From: Gammaproteobacteria bacterium
GTDB taxonomy: Bacteria > Pseudomonadota > Gammaproteobacteria > UWMA-0217
DNA: 64,000 nucleotides
Reading direction: 5' to 3'
Assembly: GCA_026981985.1 (NCBI GenBank)
Contig: JALSHZ010000036.1
Location: 11,113-75,112 of the forward strand
In this document: one piece after another, positions 8,151 to 17,558 of the stretch
Position numbering within the stretch: position 1 is the first letter of the stretch
Layout: every line of letters starts with the position of its first letter
Made by a program: the position numbers and the translations under genes
The notes under the pieces: model-generated
Databases searched by the model: none
The model's input: the letters and a program-made list of their open reading frames with translations, nothing else
What the model was told of the DNA's origin: nothing

Positions 8151-10691
8151 TCACTGCATACGCCCCTCCACCAGCGCGACAAATTCCGCTGGACCGATGC
8201 GTTTGGCCGCACCGGTTGGACAAGCCCGCACACAGGCGGGGCCGCCCTTGACGTTGACGCAGGCGTCACATTTGACCGCTTTTTTCCCCCGTGCCTTGGC
8301 TTCAGCGTCGGGCTCGAAACCCTGCCGTTCCCCAGGCCCACTGCCACGACCGAACAGCAGCCACGACAACAAGCCCGGCTTTTTCGGCGCCGCATAGCTC
8401 AGCCGAATGACATCGTAGGGACAGTTTTTTTCGCAGTTGCCGCAGCCGATACAGGCATCGGTGATGAACACCTCACCACTGGCCGCGCGCAGAATCGCAT
8501 TGGGCGGACAATCCTTCATGCAATGAGGCTGTTCGCAATGACGGCAGGCGCTGGGAATATGCACATCGACTGCCGTCGGGCCAGACTTTCGATCGAGCCG
8601 GCACAGGCCTTCATGGGTTTCGGCACAGGCTTTTTCGCAATTGTCACAACCCACGCAAAGGCGCTCGTCGATCACCAGCACATTGGTCGCTTCACCAAGG
8701 CCATTGCGCATCAGAAACCGGAATAACCCGGCCGCATCGGGGCGCACGCTCATGCGCGCCTTGTCGATGACCTGCCGGCTGACATCCTCCTGCAACTGGC
8801 GAATGCGCGCATCGTTGCGCTGCACCAGTTCGAGGAATTCCGCGCGTTCCACTTCGATCACTTCGGCGGCCACCGTCGCTGTGGCAGTTTCGCGGCGAAT
8901 GCCATCCCCCATCAGCGCCATCTGGCCAAACAGCTTGCCCGAACGCAGCTGCGACACCAGCACGTCCTGGCCATCCACCTGGCGACTCAGGGTGATCGCA
9001 CCGGAGCGCACGATGAACAGGCTGGCGGCTTCATCCCCTTCATCATAAATCGTTGCACCGGCATCGAACTGGCGCGTACCGACGCGGGCACCGAGGTCGC
9101 GCAATTCACGCAGCGGTGCAAACGGCGCGAAATGCCGCTGCAACTCACGCACGACAAAAATCCAGTCGATGCCGCTGCGGACCTCTTCATTGGAATTCAT
9201 CAGTTTGAGCATGGTGCGCCGGGGTGTCTCGACGACGATGCAATTACTACCGGCGATGGCCTTTTCACCCCGGGGCCGCCCGGACAACAGACTGGACTCG
9301 CCAAAAAACTCACCACGCCCCAGCGTGGTGCGCAACTGCTGCCCTTCCACCTCGTTTTCCAGTACGACCTCGCCATCGACAATGGTGAAAAAAGAGGTGC
9401 CAAATTCACCGCGATCGTAGATGACATCGCCCTCGGCGATGACTTTCGTCATACGCGGATTGCGTCCCTCGGCGCGCAGTTTGCTGGCCAGCGTGTTGAT
9501 TTTGCGACGCGCATCATCGAGCACCTGATCACTGGGATAGCCGGCAATAATCGTGCTCTCAATAATCAGCTCGCGAAACGCCAGCGAGTTGAGTTTGCGG
9601 AACATCGGGATCAACGCCTGGAAGCGTTCTAGCAATTCATCCACTTCCCTGTCATAGGGCAGGCCGAGCAGCTGATGCTGCAACAAGGGATAGTCGGCGG
9701 GCTTGATAAAATTTCCATTGATAAATTCGACCACATCGTAGCCCTGATTCATCGCCTGCTTGATCAATGGATAACCGGCCAGCGAGCCAACGATATAGAC
9801 GCCGGGCACATTGCTTTCGTAGTGACGCGACAGCTCGGGAATGGCATCACGACGTTCGCTGGGAAACTGAATGCCGATCGACTCGACGAAGCGCCGCGGC
9901 GGGATCGCACCAAGACGCGCCACGATACGGTCGCAATCCATCGTGATATCCCCTTCGGGGGTTTTCATCACGACATGCAGCGGCTTGCCTTCACTGTTTT
10001 GCGTCACCGACTTGATGCTGGTGGAGTAAAAACAATTCAGCCGATGACCGTCATCGCTGATGGCCTTGAGGATCAGGTTGAGATTGCCCTCTTTGGCACG
10101 GCTGAATTCATCACGACGATTGAGAATGAAAACATCGTTCTGCTCGCTGAGCGCCAGCGCGTTTTCAATGGCCGAATCACCGGCGCCGACAACGAGTATG
10201 ATCTCATCATGGAAGGCCTTCGGATCTTCAAGGTTATATTGCACCCTGTCGAGACGCTCCCCGTCGACACCCAGCATGCGGGGATTGCCTTCCAGACCGA
10301 TGCCGAGGATGATATTTTCCGCGCTGATGTTCTCGCCATTGACCAGCGCAATATCGAACGCACCTTTGCTGCCGGTAATCGCCGACACCTCGGCCTGATA
10401 ACGAATATTGATGCCCAGTTCTTCGCAGCGCCCTTGCCACCAGCCAAGAATTTCTTCGCGCCGCCCCTCCTCGAAACGCACATCGCTACGCAAGTCGAGA
10501 AAGCCAGGCTCGGCCATGACTTTTTTTCCTTTCTGGTAACGCTGAATGGTCTTGGCAACCACCTCGAAGCCTTCAAGAAGCACATAGCTGGGCGTGGAGA
10601 CCTGGTTTTGCTGATCGAGAATTTGCGCACGCGCCGCTGCACTCAGCCCGGCCGGGCCGGCACCGATAATGGCAATCTGAAAATCAGCCAT
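8151..10691 (-). CDS. FAD/NAD(P)-dependent oxidoreductase fused to two cyclic-nucleotide-binding domains and a four-cluster 4Fe-4S ferredoxin domain
   Basis: 846 aa. N-terminus IAIIGAGPAGLSAA and a second Rossmann motif ILVVGAGDSAIENAL. Two cNMP-binding signatures (LGRGEFFGESSLLSGRPRGEKAIA; LRSGKLFGQMALMGDGIRRETATA). C-terminal Cys groups: CVGCDNCEKAC, CRHCEQPHCMKDCP, CIGCGNCEKNCP, CDAC...CVRACP. Confidence 0.85.
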   Translation of the reverse strand: MADFQIAIIGAGPAGLSAAARAQILDQQNQVSTPSYVLLEGFEVVAKTIQRYQKGKKVMAEPGFLDLRSDVRFEEGRREEILGWWQGRCEELGINIRYQAEVSAITGSKGAFDIALVNGENISAENIILGIGLEGNPRMLGVDGERLDRVQYNLEDPKAFHDEIILVVGAGDSAIENALALSEQNDVFILNRRDEFSRAKEGNLNLILKAISDDGHRLNCFYSTSIKSVTQNSEGKPLHVVMKTPEGDITMDCDRIVARLGAIPPRRFVESIGIQFPSERRDAIPELSRHYESNVPGVYIVGSLAGYPLIKQAMNQGYDVVEFINGNFIKPADYPLLQHQLLGLPYDREVDELLERFQALIPMFRKLNSLAFRELIIESTIIAGYPSDQVLDDARRKINTLASKLRAEGRNPRMTKVIAEGDVIYDRGEFGTSFFTIVDGEVVLENEVEGQQLRTTLGRGEFFGESSLLSGRPRGEKAIAGSNCIVVETPRRTMLKLMNSNEEVRSGIDWIFVVRELQRHFAPFAPLRELRDLGARVGTRQFDAGATIYDEGDEAASLFIVRSGAITLSRQVDGQDVLVSQLRSGKLFGQMALMGDGIRRETATATVAAEVIEVERAEFLELVQRNDARIRQLQEDVSRQVIDKARMSVRPDAAGLFRFLMRNGLGEATNVLVIDERLCVGCDNCEKACAETHEGLCRLDRKSGPTAVDVHIPSACRHCEQPHCMKDCPPNAILRAASGEVFITDACIGCGNCEKNCPYDVIRLSYAAPKKPGLLSWLLFGRGSGPGERQGFEPDAEAKARGKKAVKCDACVNVKGGPACVRACPTGAAKRIGPAEFVALVEGRMQ

Positions 10692-11102
10692 GCCAGGCAG
10701 CCTTCAGCAAGCAAGGCTGCCTGAGGTTCTCTCGCTGACGCGATGCTACTGCACTGCGCATAAAACCCATGATCCACAGTGAAAAGGCGTCATAACAACG
10801 CCCGCTCGGAAATCGAAAATGCGATGGGTGGTGGCGGTTATTATTATTCACTCTTGTCGACTCTCTGGTCACTGACATCAGCCCCGAGGGACCAGCCATT
10901 TGTTAAACACTATATCTTGGATAGCAAAAAAATAGTGCCTCGATCAGCCATGCCAGCCGATACCGGGAAATAATCCCGGACTCGGTTGACATGGCGCGTT
11001 TCAAAGTCGGCTGATCTATATTCGAGGCAATCGCCCAATGAGAAAAAATGGAGTAACTGCTCAGTTTACCCAATAAGAACACATCAACCGGAGCCAGCCA
11101 CC

Positions 11103-12455
11103 ATGAATGCCGCCACCCATACCGCACTGCATGACTTCATGCAAAAAATAGAAAAACGCAACCCCAATGAGCCGGAATTTCAACAGGCCGTTGCTGAAGT
11201 CGCCACCAGCGTGCTGCCCTATATACAAGACAAGCCCCTCTATCGCGAAGCCCGCATTCTCGAACGGATGACCGAACCCGACAGAGTGATCATGTTTCGC
11301 GTGGTATGGGAAGACGACGATGGCAATGTGCAGATCAACCGCGGCTACCGTGTACAAAACAACAACGCGATCGGTCCCTACAAGGGCGGTCTGCGTTTTC
11401 ACCCCAGCGTCAACCTCAGCGTGTTGAAATTTCTTGCTTTCGAGCAAACCTTCAAGAACTCGCTCACCGGCCTGCCGATGGGCGGCGGCAAGGGCGGCGC
11501 TGATTTCAACCCCAAGGGACGCTCCAACAACGAAGTGATGCGCTTCTGCCAGGCCTATATGACGGAACTCGAACGGCATATCGGCGAAGGCACCGACGTT
11601 CCCGCCGGAGACATCGGTGTCGGCGCACGGGAGATTGGCTATCTGTTTGGCCAGCACAAGCGCCTGTCGAACCAGTTCACCGGCGTCCTGACCGGCAAGG
11701 GGCTGGAGTATGGCGGCAGCCTGGTGCGAACTGAAGCCACCGGCTACGGTGCCGTCTATTTTCTCGAAGACATGCTCAAGCACCGCGGCAAGGACATCGA
11801 AGGCTGCGTTGCGACCATCTCCGGCTCGGGCAATGTTGCTCTCTACGCTGCGGAGAAAGTTGCCCAACTGGGTGGCAAGGCCGTTACGCTGTCGGACTCG
11901 TCGGGCTTTATCCATGATCCGGAAGGCATTGCCGGCGATAAGCTGGCCTGGGTCAAGGCACTGAAAGAGCAGCGCCGGGGCCGTATTTCTGAATATGCGG
12001 AAGAATTCGGCGTCGAATTTTTCCCCGGCGAACGCCCCTGGAAAATACCCTGCGACGTGGCCCTGCCCTGCGCCACCCAGAACGAGCTCAGCGGCAGCGA
12101 CGCGCAAACCCTGGTCGACAACGGCTGCATGGCGGTCTCTGAAGGCGCCAACATGCCCACCGATCAGGAAGGGCTCGATATCTTCGTCAGCAACCACATC
12201 ATGTTTGCCCCCAGCAAGGCCGCCAACGCCGGTGGCGTCGCCGTCTCCGGCCTCGAAATGAGTCAGAACTCAGTCGGCATCTCCTGGGAGGAAGATGAAC
12301 TCGACCGCCGACTGCGAACCATCATGCGCGGCATTCACGAGCAATGCGTCGAATACGGCAGCGGAGACAACGGCTATGTCAACTACCTCAAAGGCGCCAA
12401 TATCGCCGGCTTCAACAAGGTCGCCAACGCCATGCTGGCCTACGGCGTGATGTAA
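11103..12455 (+). CDS. gdhA: NADP-specific glutamate dehydrogenase
   Basis: ORF 10986..12455 trimmed to ATG 11103 (MNAATHTALHDFMQKIEKRNPNEPEFQQAV). Classic GDH motifs are present: GGLRFHPSVN and KNSLTGLPMGGGKGGADF. Confidence 0.95.
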   Translation: MNAATHTALHDFMQKIEKRNPNEPEFQQAVAEVATSVLPYIQDKPLYREARILERMTEPDRVIMFRVVWEDDDGNVQINRGYRVQNNNAIGPYKGGLRFHPSVNLSVLKFLAFEQTFKNSLTGLPMGGGKGGADFNPKGRSNNEVMRFCQAYMTELERHIGEGTDVPAGDIGVGAREIGYLFGQHKRLSNQFTGVLTGKGLEYGGSLVRTEATGYGAVYFLEDMLKHRGKDIEGCVATISGSGNVALYAAEKVAQLGGKAVTLSDSSGFIHDPEGIAGDKLAWVKALKEQRRGRISEYAEEFGVEFFPGERPWKIPCDVALPCATQNELSGSDAQTLVDNGCMAVSEGANMPTDQEGLDIFVSNHIMFAPSKAANAGGVAVSGLEMSQNSVGISWEEDELDRRLRTIMRGIHEQCVEYGSGDNGYVNYLKGANIAGFNKVANAMLAYGVM

Positions 12456-12578
12456 CACCACCCGCTCGCGGCAAGCGAAGCGATTCGCGCGCCGCTTCAC
12501 AGCAGACGGGCAAGTACCACTGTTAAACTCTGGCGCTATCCGCCCGGGGTTCGGGCGCATCATCAAGGATGTGTTGCC

Positions 12579-14009
12579 ATGAAAAAGCTATTGCCTCTCA
12601 TTGTTCTGCTACTGCTCGCAACCTGGGCGGGTGCTACCTGGCTGATCTCCAGCCAGGTGGAACAGAATTTCGACCGCGCCCTCAATCAGTTGAACAGCAA
12701 GCTGGCAGAGGACCTTCCCTTCGTCGAGGTGAAACCAGCCAACTTCCACAAAGGCTTTTTCAAGAGCGAGGCGACATCGCAGCTGACGCTGACTGGTGCG
12801 CAGGATGATGCTGACATGCTGCCGCTGCGGCACGTCATCTACCACGGCCCGGTCATGCTGACGCCGCTGGGCGTCAAAACGGGTAGCACCTATATCGTGA
12901 CGTCAATCGATATGGACATGCTACCCGCCGAGACCCGCGACAAGATCAACGATCTCACGGGTGGCGACACACCGCTGACCATCGGCATGCTGACCGGCAC
13001 CAGCAAGGACTTCGATCTGGACATCGAGGTCGCATCACTGCAACTCGACGATCGACAAAACAGCCAGACCACCATCCGCTTCGAAGGCATGCGTGGCGCA
13101 CTGAAATCCGATCTCCAGGGCAGCTACCTCAAAGGCAAGCTGGCCAATGGCAAGATCAGCATTGCCGATCAAAATGGTCAGCAGGTCGAGATCGCACCGA
13201 CAACCATCCGTTTCGACATCGACGAGATGTACAAGGGCACTGTGCTATCCGGCACTTCCAGCCTGACAACCGCACAACTGCTGATTCGCTCGCCAGCGCT
13301 CGAAACCCGTGCCGAAAACCTGTCTTTTACTTCCGCTACCGCGCAAGCGGGCAACGGCACCACCTCGGCAAGCGCCACGTTCAACACCTCACCGGCTAGC
13401 ATCGAAGTTGCATCGAAAAACATGAGCTTCACCGACGGCGCGATCGGCTTCACGACCCGCTTCGAAGGCATCGATACGTCCGCGCTAAAAAAACTGGTCG
13501 ACGCCGGCGCCGATCTGCACAGCCTGGAAATCGCCGCGATGAAAAAGGGTGAAGTCGAGCCGGAGAAAATCCAGCAGAACCTGGAGACCTATCTGTCAGC
13601 TGTGATCGACCTGCTGAAGCCGGGCCTTGAATCCACCACGCGGCTGGACATCGGCAACCCGCAAGGCAAGGCATGGTTCGATCTTGCCCTGAACTACGCC
13701 GAGACCCGCCCGGTTACCGAACTGGCAACGCTGCGCGACCTGATCGCCGCAATCGATGGCCGACTGGAAATCGTCAGCGACAAGCCGCTGTTGCGTTCAC
13801 TGTCACTCGACGGCCTGGCAGCCATGCCAATCGCAATGGGATTTGCAACAGCCGACAATGACCAAATCCGCAGTGAAGTCACCATCAGTAAAGGGGTACT
13901 CAGCATCAATGGCCAACCAGCGCCATTTCTGGAAATGTTCGGCCCGATTCTCGACGAACCCTCGCCACTGCGCCGCCTGAGGGCCGATACGAGCGGGCAC
14001 TCAGTCTGA
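12579..14009 (+). CDS. YdgA-like (DUF945) periplasmic/membrane-anchored protein
   Basis: 476 aa. N-terminal anchor MKKLLPLIVLLLLATWAGATWLISSQVEQNFDRALNQLN resembles the YdgA family. The rest is a low-complexity beta-rich body. Confidence 0.7.
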   Translation: MKKLLPLIVLLLLATWAGATWLISSQVEQNFDRALNQLNSKLAEDLPFVEVKPANFHKGFFKSEATSQLTLTGAQDDADMLPLRHVIYHGPVMLTPLGVKTGSTYIVTSIDMDMLPAETRDKINDLTGGDTPLTIGMLTGTSKDFDLDIEVASLQLDDRQNSQTTIRFEGMRGALKSDLQGSYLKGKLANGKISIADQNGQQVEIAPTTIRFDIDEMYKGTVLSGTSSLTTAQLLIRSPALETRAENLSFTSATAQAGNGTTSASATFNTSPASIEVASKNMSFTDGAIGFTTRFEGIDTSALKKLVDAGADLHSLEIAAMKKGEVEPEKIQQNLETYLSAVIDLLKPGLESTTRLDIGNPQGKAWFDLALNYAETRPVTELATLRDLIAAIDGRLEIVSDKPLLRSLSLDGLAAMPIAMGFATADNDQIRSEVTISKGVLSINGQPAPFLEMFGPILDEPSPLRRLRADTSGHSV

Positions 14010-14108
14010 GCGACAGCCGGATACCGCACTCACCAGGTGAAAGCACCGGGTTGACATCTCCCCTCCCCGGCCGCATGTTCGACACAGCCCCATCACCAAC
14101 AGGCTGTC

Positions 14109-15173
14109 ATGAGCGCCCTTCGCAAACACCCGCTGTTGCTTTCCCTGCTTCTGCTGCTCGCCATCAATCCTGGAAAAACAACCACCTTCGGTGTTTCCGG
14201 CGCCATCTTCAATACCGTTCGGCCACTGACCATCGACGATGCCGACGCCATCTCGCGGCTGCCCGGCGTCAAAGCGGTGACACCCGTGATCCAGGGCAAT
14301 GCGCAAATCGAAGCCGGCCAGCGCAGTCGGCGCAGCACCGTTCTCGGCGTCAATGGACGACTCGGTGAGGTGTGGCAAATCCACATTGCGATCGGTAGAC
14401 AACTGCCCGATGACAACAGCAGCTCACCACGCGGCTATGCCGTACTGGGTCATAAATTGCGCCAGGAGCTGTTCGCCAACGAAAATCCGCTGGGGCGCAA
14501 GATCCGCATTGCCGGCGAGCATTACCGCGTCATCGGCTCGCTGGAGGCGAAGGGGCAGATTCTCGGTTTCGATCTCGACGATACCGTCTACCTGCCGGCA
14601 GCGCGGGTGTTGTCGATGTTCAACCGCGACAGCCTGATGGAGATCGATGTGCTCTATCATCCGGGGCTCAGCAGCGAGGTGATGGCCGAGCGTATCCGCC
14701 GCTTCCTGATTCAGCGCCACGGCGGCGAGGATTTCACCATCACCACCCAGGACGAGATGCTGAAAGTGCTGGACAGCATTCTCGATGTGCTGACACTGGC
14801 TGTCGCGGCCATCGGCGGTATTTCATTGCTGGTGGGAGCGATCGGCATTTTTACGACCATGACCATCGCGGTCAATGAGCGCATCCCCGAAATCGGACTG
14901 CTCAGGGCACTGGGCGCCACCCGCGCACAGATCCGGAACCTGTTTATCGGCGAGTCAGTGCTGCTGGCGCTGCTCGGCGGCGCACTGGGGCTGGTACTGG
15001 GATTGGGTGGCGCCGAACTGGTGGCGTTACTCTCGCCGATTCCGGCGCAGATATCGTGGTTCTATACCTTGCTGGCGGAGGTGCTGGCGGCCAGCATCGG
15101 CATCCTCTCCGGGGTGTTGCCATCACTGCATGCAGCAGCAATGAACCCGGTCGATGCGTTACGGAGTGAATAG
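14109..15173 (+). CDS. MacB/FtsX-family ABC transporter permease, N-terminally shortened, no adjacent ATPase
   Basis: The C-terminal FtsX domain is clear (LAVAAIGGISLLVGAIGIFTTMTIAVNERIPEIGLLRALGATRAQIRNLF...NPVDALRSE). A MacB-type periplasmic domain is present. The usual N-terminal ~40 aa (TM1 region) appears compressed to MSALRKHPLLLSLLLLLAINPG. Confidence 0.8.
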   Translation: MSALRKHPLLLSLLLLLAINPGKTTTFGVSGAIFNTVRPLTIDDADAISRLPGVKAVTPVIQGNAQIEAGQRSRRSTVLGVNGRLGEVWQIHIAIGRQLPDDNSSSPRGYAVLGHKLRQELFANENPLGRKIRIAGEHYRVIGSLEAKGQILGFDLDDTVYLPAARVLSMFNRDSLMEIDVLYHPGLSSEVMAERIRRFLIQRHGGEDFTITTQDEMLKVLDSILDVLTLAVAAIGGISLLVGAIGIFTTMTIAVNERIPEIGLLRALGATRAQIRNLFIGESVLLALLGGALGLVLGLGGAELVALLSPIPAQISWFYTLLAEVLAASIGILSGVLPSLHAAAMNPVDALRSE

Positions 15174-15542
15174 TCAGCGATGCCGCTCCGACAGCGACTT
15201 CAGCAAGCGTCGATCACTGGCGATCAACTCCTTTAGCTTCACATAGGCACGTGTATTGCGTTCGATGCGATGGCGAATCTGGCGCAAACGCTCCGCCTTC
15301 GACAACTGATGCCGGCTGTCGTCGCCGGTTTCACCGACAACCGTCGGCGGCTGTGGCTTGGCCTCGACTCGCCCCACCAGATTTCTGCAGCCGCACTCAC
15401 GGCAGATATAGAGCCGACTGATCGGATGCTGCAAGCGCATTGCGATCGACCGCGGGCGACGATCCTGCGCCGTCAGCAAACCACCGCATTCTGCACAGTG
15501 ATCCTTGCCCGATGCATCACCTTGTTGCCACTTGAACGACAT
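15174..15542 (-). CDS. Hypothetical zinc-ribbon protein with C-terminal coiled-coil
   Basis: 122 aa with a CAEC...28 aa...CREC pair and a basic helical tail. A GGAG/GGGGG-type SD lies upstream. Its stop codon directly abuts the stop of the convergent permease gene. Confidence 0.45.
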   Translation of the reverse strand: MSFKWQQGDASGKDHCAECGGLLTAQDRRPRSIAMRLQHPISRLYICRECGCRNLVGRVEAKPQPPTVVGETGDDSRHQLSKAERLRQIRHRIERNTRAYVKLKELIASDRRLLKSLSERHR

Positions 15543-15785
15543 AAGCCCCCTGACTCCACTTGTCTCAATCGATAAACAATCAGAGTGTGATTGAGGCTCC
15601 CGGGTTCCGGGAGCCCGCTCTGTCTATCAGTTAAGCAGGCAAGTTGCGATGATTCTGTGAGCCGTTTCTCAGAGTACCATTGGGTAACGAAGTGGTAATG
15701 GTTCCAGCAGTCAGCTACGCCTGGGACCGCCGGCATCTTGCCGGCCAGCCACCGAAGCCTGGACCTTGCTCCGCAGCTTGTTCTT

Positions 15786-15814
15786 CGCGGCACGCTGCGC
15801 GCGCACCACCCTAC
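15786..15814. repeat. Solo REP-like unit (GGCACGC..GCGCGCACCACCCTAC)
   Basis: Near-identical to the right arm of the doublet at 24991-25018 and ends with CTAC. Lies just downstream of the pgi stop. Confidence 0.4.
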
Positions 15815-15826
15815 GGATCGTCAGCA

Positions 15827-17476
15827 TCACGACAGCAGCGATTTATAGTAGTTGATCAGCCCATTGGTGGAGGCATCGTGACCCGTGACGGTTGCGCTGC
15901 CTTCGAGTTCCGGCTGAATCACTTTTGCCAGCGTCTTGCCCAGTTCGACGCCCCACTGGTCGAAGGAATTGATGTTCCAGATAATGCCCTGGACGAAGAT
16001 CTTGTGTTCGTAGAGCGCGATCAGCATGCCCAATGTGCGGGGTGTCAGCCGTTCATACAGCAGGCTGTTGGTCGGTTTGTTGCCGTCGAAGCTGCAGAAT
16101 GGGATCAGCTGTTCAACCTTGGCAGCAGGCAGTCCGGCCGCTTCGAGTACCTTTCGGGTCGCCTCCGGCGTGCGTCCCTGCATCAGCGCTTCGGGCTGAG
16201 CGAAGTAGTTCGATAGCAGAATACGGTGGTGTTCGTGCAAATCGTGGTTGGGGTTTGCTGCGGCCAGAAAATCGCTGGGAATCAGCGGCGTTCCTTGGTG
16301 AATCAGCTGGTAGAAGGCATGTTGTCCATTGGTGCCTGGCTGACCGAAGATCACTGGCCCGGTTTCGTAGTCCACCGCATTGCCTGCCCGATCGACCGAT
16401 TTGCCGTTACTCTCCATATCACCCTGCTGGAAATAGTCGGCGAAGCGGCTCAGATTCTGATCATACGGCAAAATGGCGTGGCTCTGGCTGCCAAAGAAGT
16501 TGACGTACCAAACGCCGAGCAGCGCCATTGTCACCGGCAGATTCTGCGCCAGCGGCGCTTCGCGAAAATGCTGATCCATGGAATAGGCGCCATCGAGCAA
16601 GGCATCGAAATGCTCGGGGCCGATCATCACCATGATCGACAGGCCAATGGCGGACCACAGTGAATAGCGCCCGCCCACCCAGTCCCAGAAGCGGAACATG
16701 TTGTCGGTATCGATGCCGAACTCGCGTACTTTCTCGGTATTGGTCGAAACGGCGACGAAATGTTTCGCAATCGCCGCCTCGTCCTGCAAATGTGCCAGCA
16801 ACCAGCGCCGCGCCGTATGCGCATTGGTCAAGGTCTCCTGGGTGGTGAAGGTTTTCGATGCGACGATGAACAGCGTGGTCTCCGGATCGACCTGCGCCAG
16901 CGCTGCGGCGATATCGGCACCATCGACATTGGAGACGAAATGCGCCCGCAGGCCACGCTGCTGAAAAGGTGCCAGCGCAGCACAGACCATGGCCGGACCA
17001 AGGTCGGAACCGCCGATGCCGATATTGACGATATCGGTGATGCGTTTGCCGGTATGCCCGCGCCAATCGCCTGATCGCAGCCGGGTGGAGAAATCCGCCA
17101 TATGCGCCAGCACCTCGCGCACCTCCGGCATGACATCCTTGCCATCGACACGAATCGGCGCCTCTCCCCGGTAACGCAGCGCGGTATGCAGCACCGCGCG
17201 GTCTTCGGTGTGGTTGATCTTCTCGCCGCTGAACATGCGATCGCGCCAACCCTCGACATCAGCCGCACGCGCAAGCGCATGGAGCAGCGTCATCGTCTGT
17301 GGCGTGATGCGGTTCTTGGCGTAGTCCAGCAGCAGATCTTCATGGCGCAGCGAAAAGCGCTCGAAACGCTGAGGATCATCAGCAAAGAGATCACGCATGT
17401 GCAGATCTCTTACTTCGTTGTGGTGGTCTTGCAATGCTTTCCAGGCCGCTGACGTGGCTGGCGATGGTGCGGACAT
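15827..17476 (-). CDS. pgi: Glucose-6-phosphate isomerase
   Basis: 549 aa; full-length PGI-like sequence ([33 protein letters not shown]). Confidence 0.95.
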   Translation of the reverse strand: MSAPSPATSAAWKALQDHHNEVRDLHMRDLFADDPQRFERFSLRHEDLLLDYAKNRITPQTMTLLHALARAADVEGWRDRMFSGEKINHTEDRAVLHTALRYRGEAPIRVDGKDVMPEVREVLAHMADFSTRLRSGDWRGHTGKRITDIVNIGIGGSDLGPAMVCAALAPFQQRGLRAHFVSNVDGADIAAALAQVDPETTLFIVASKTFTTQETLTNAHTARRWLLAHLQDEAAIAKHFVAVSTNTEKVREFGIDTDNMFRFWDWVGGRYSLWSAIGLSIMVMIGPEHFDALLDGAYSMDQHFREAPLAQNLPVTMALLGVWYVNFFGSQSHAILPYDQNLSRFADYFQQGDMESNGKSVDRAGNAVDYETGPVIFGQPGTNGQHAFYQLIHQGTPLIPSDFLAAANPNHDLHEHHRILLSNYFAQPEALMQGRTPEATRKVLEAAGLPAAKVEQLIPFCSFDGNKPTNSLLYERLTPRTLGMLIALYEHKIFVQGIIWNINSFDQWGVELGKTLAKVIQPELEGSATVTGHDASTNGLINYYKSLLS

Positions 17477-17558
17477 GAGCGATCCCCTGTGCGTTATGAG
17501 TTCCCGCCGCGATTATAAGGGCAAGACAATGCTGGCGCATTGGCTCTGTTCGACACGA

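Noticed and set aside
7697-8397. ORFs 7697..8395 (-) and 7756..8397 (+), 213-232 aa
   Set aside because: These are alternative frames over the membrane-protein and flavoprotein genes. Their Arg/Cys-rich composition is typical of GC-rich shadow ORFs.
9675-10724. 349-aa plus-strand ORF antisense to the flavoprotein gene
   Set aside because: No motifs. It lies antisense to a CDS with clear FAD/cNMP signatures, a typical long antisense ORF in GC-rich DNA.
11061-12197. 378-aa minus-strand ORF antisense to gdhA
   Set aside because: gdhA is unambiguous on the plus strand, and the antisense product has no recognisable domain.
15543-15826. Possible small RNA (SRP/6S-like) in the 284-bp spacer with hairpins GGCTCCCGG-gtt-CCGGGAGCC and GCCGGCA-tct-TGCCGGC
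   Set aside because: No match to the conserved SRP or 6S motifs I know, and no U-tract terminators. Part of the spacer is explained by a solo REP unit.
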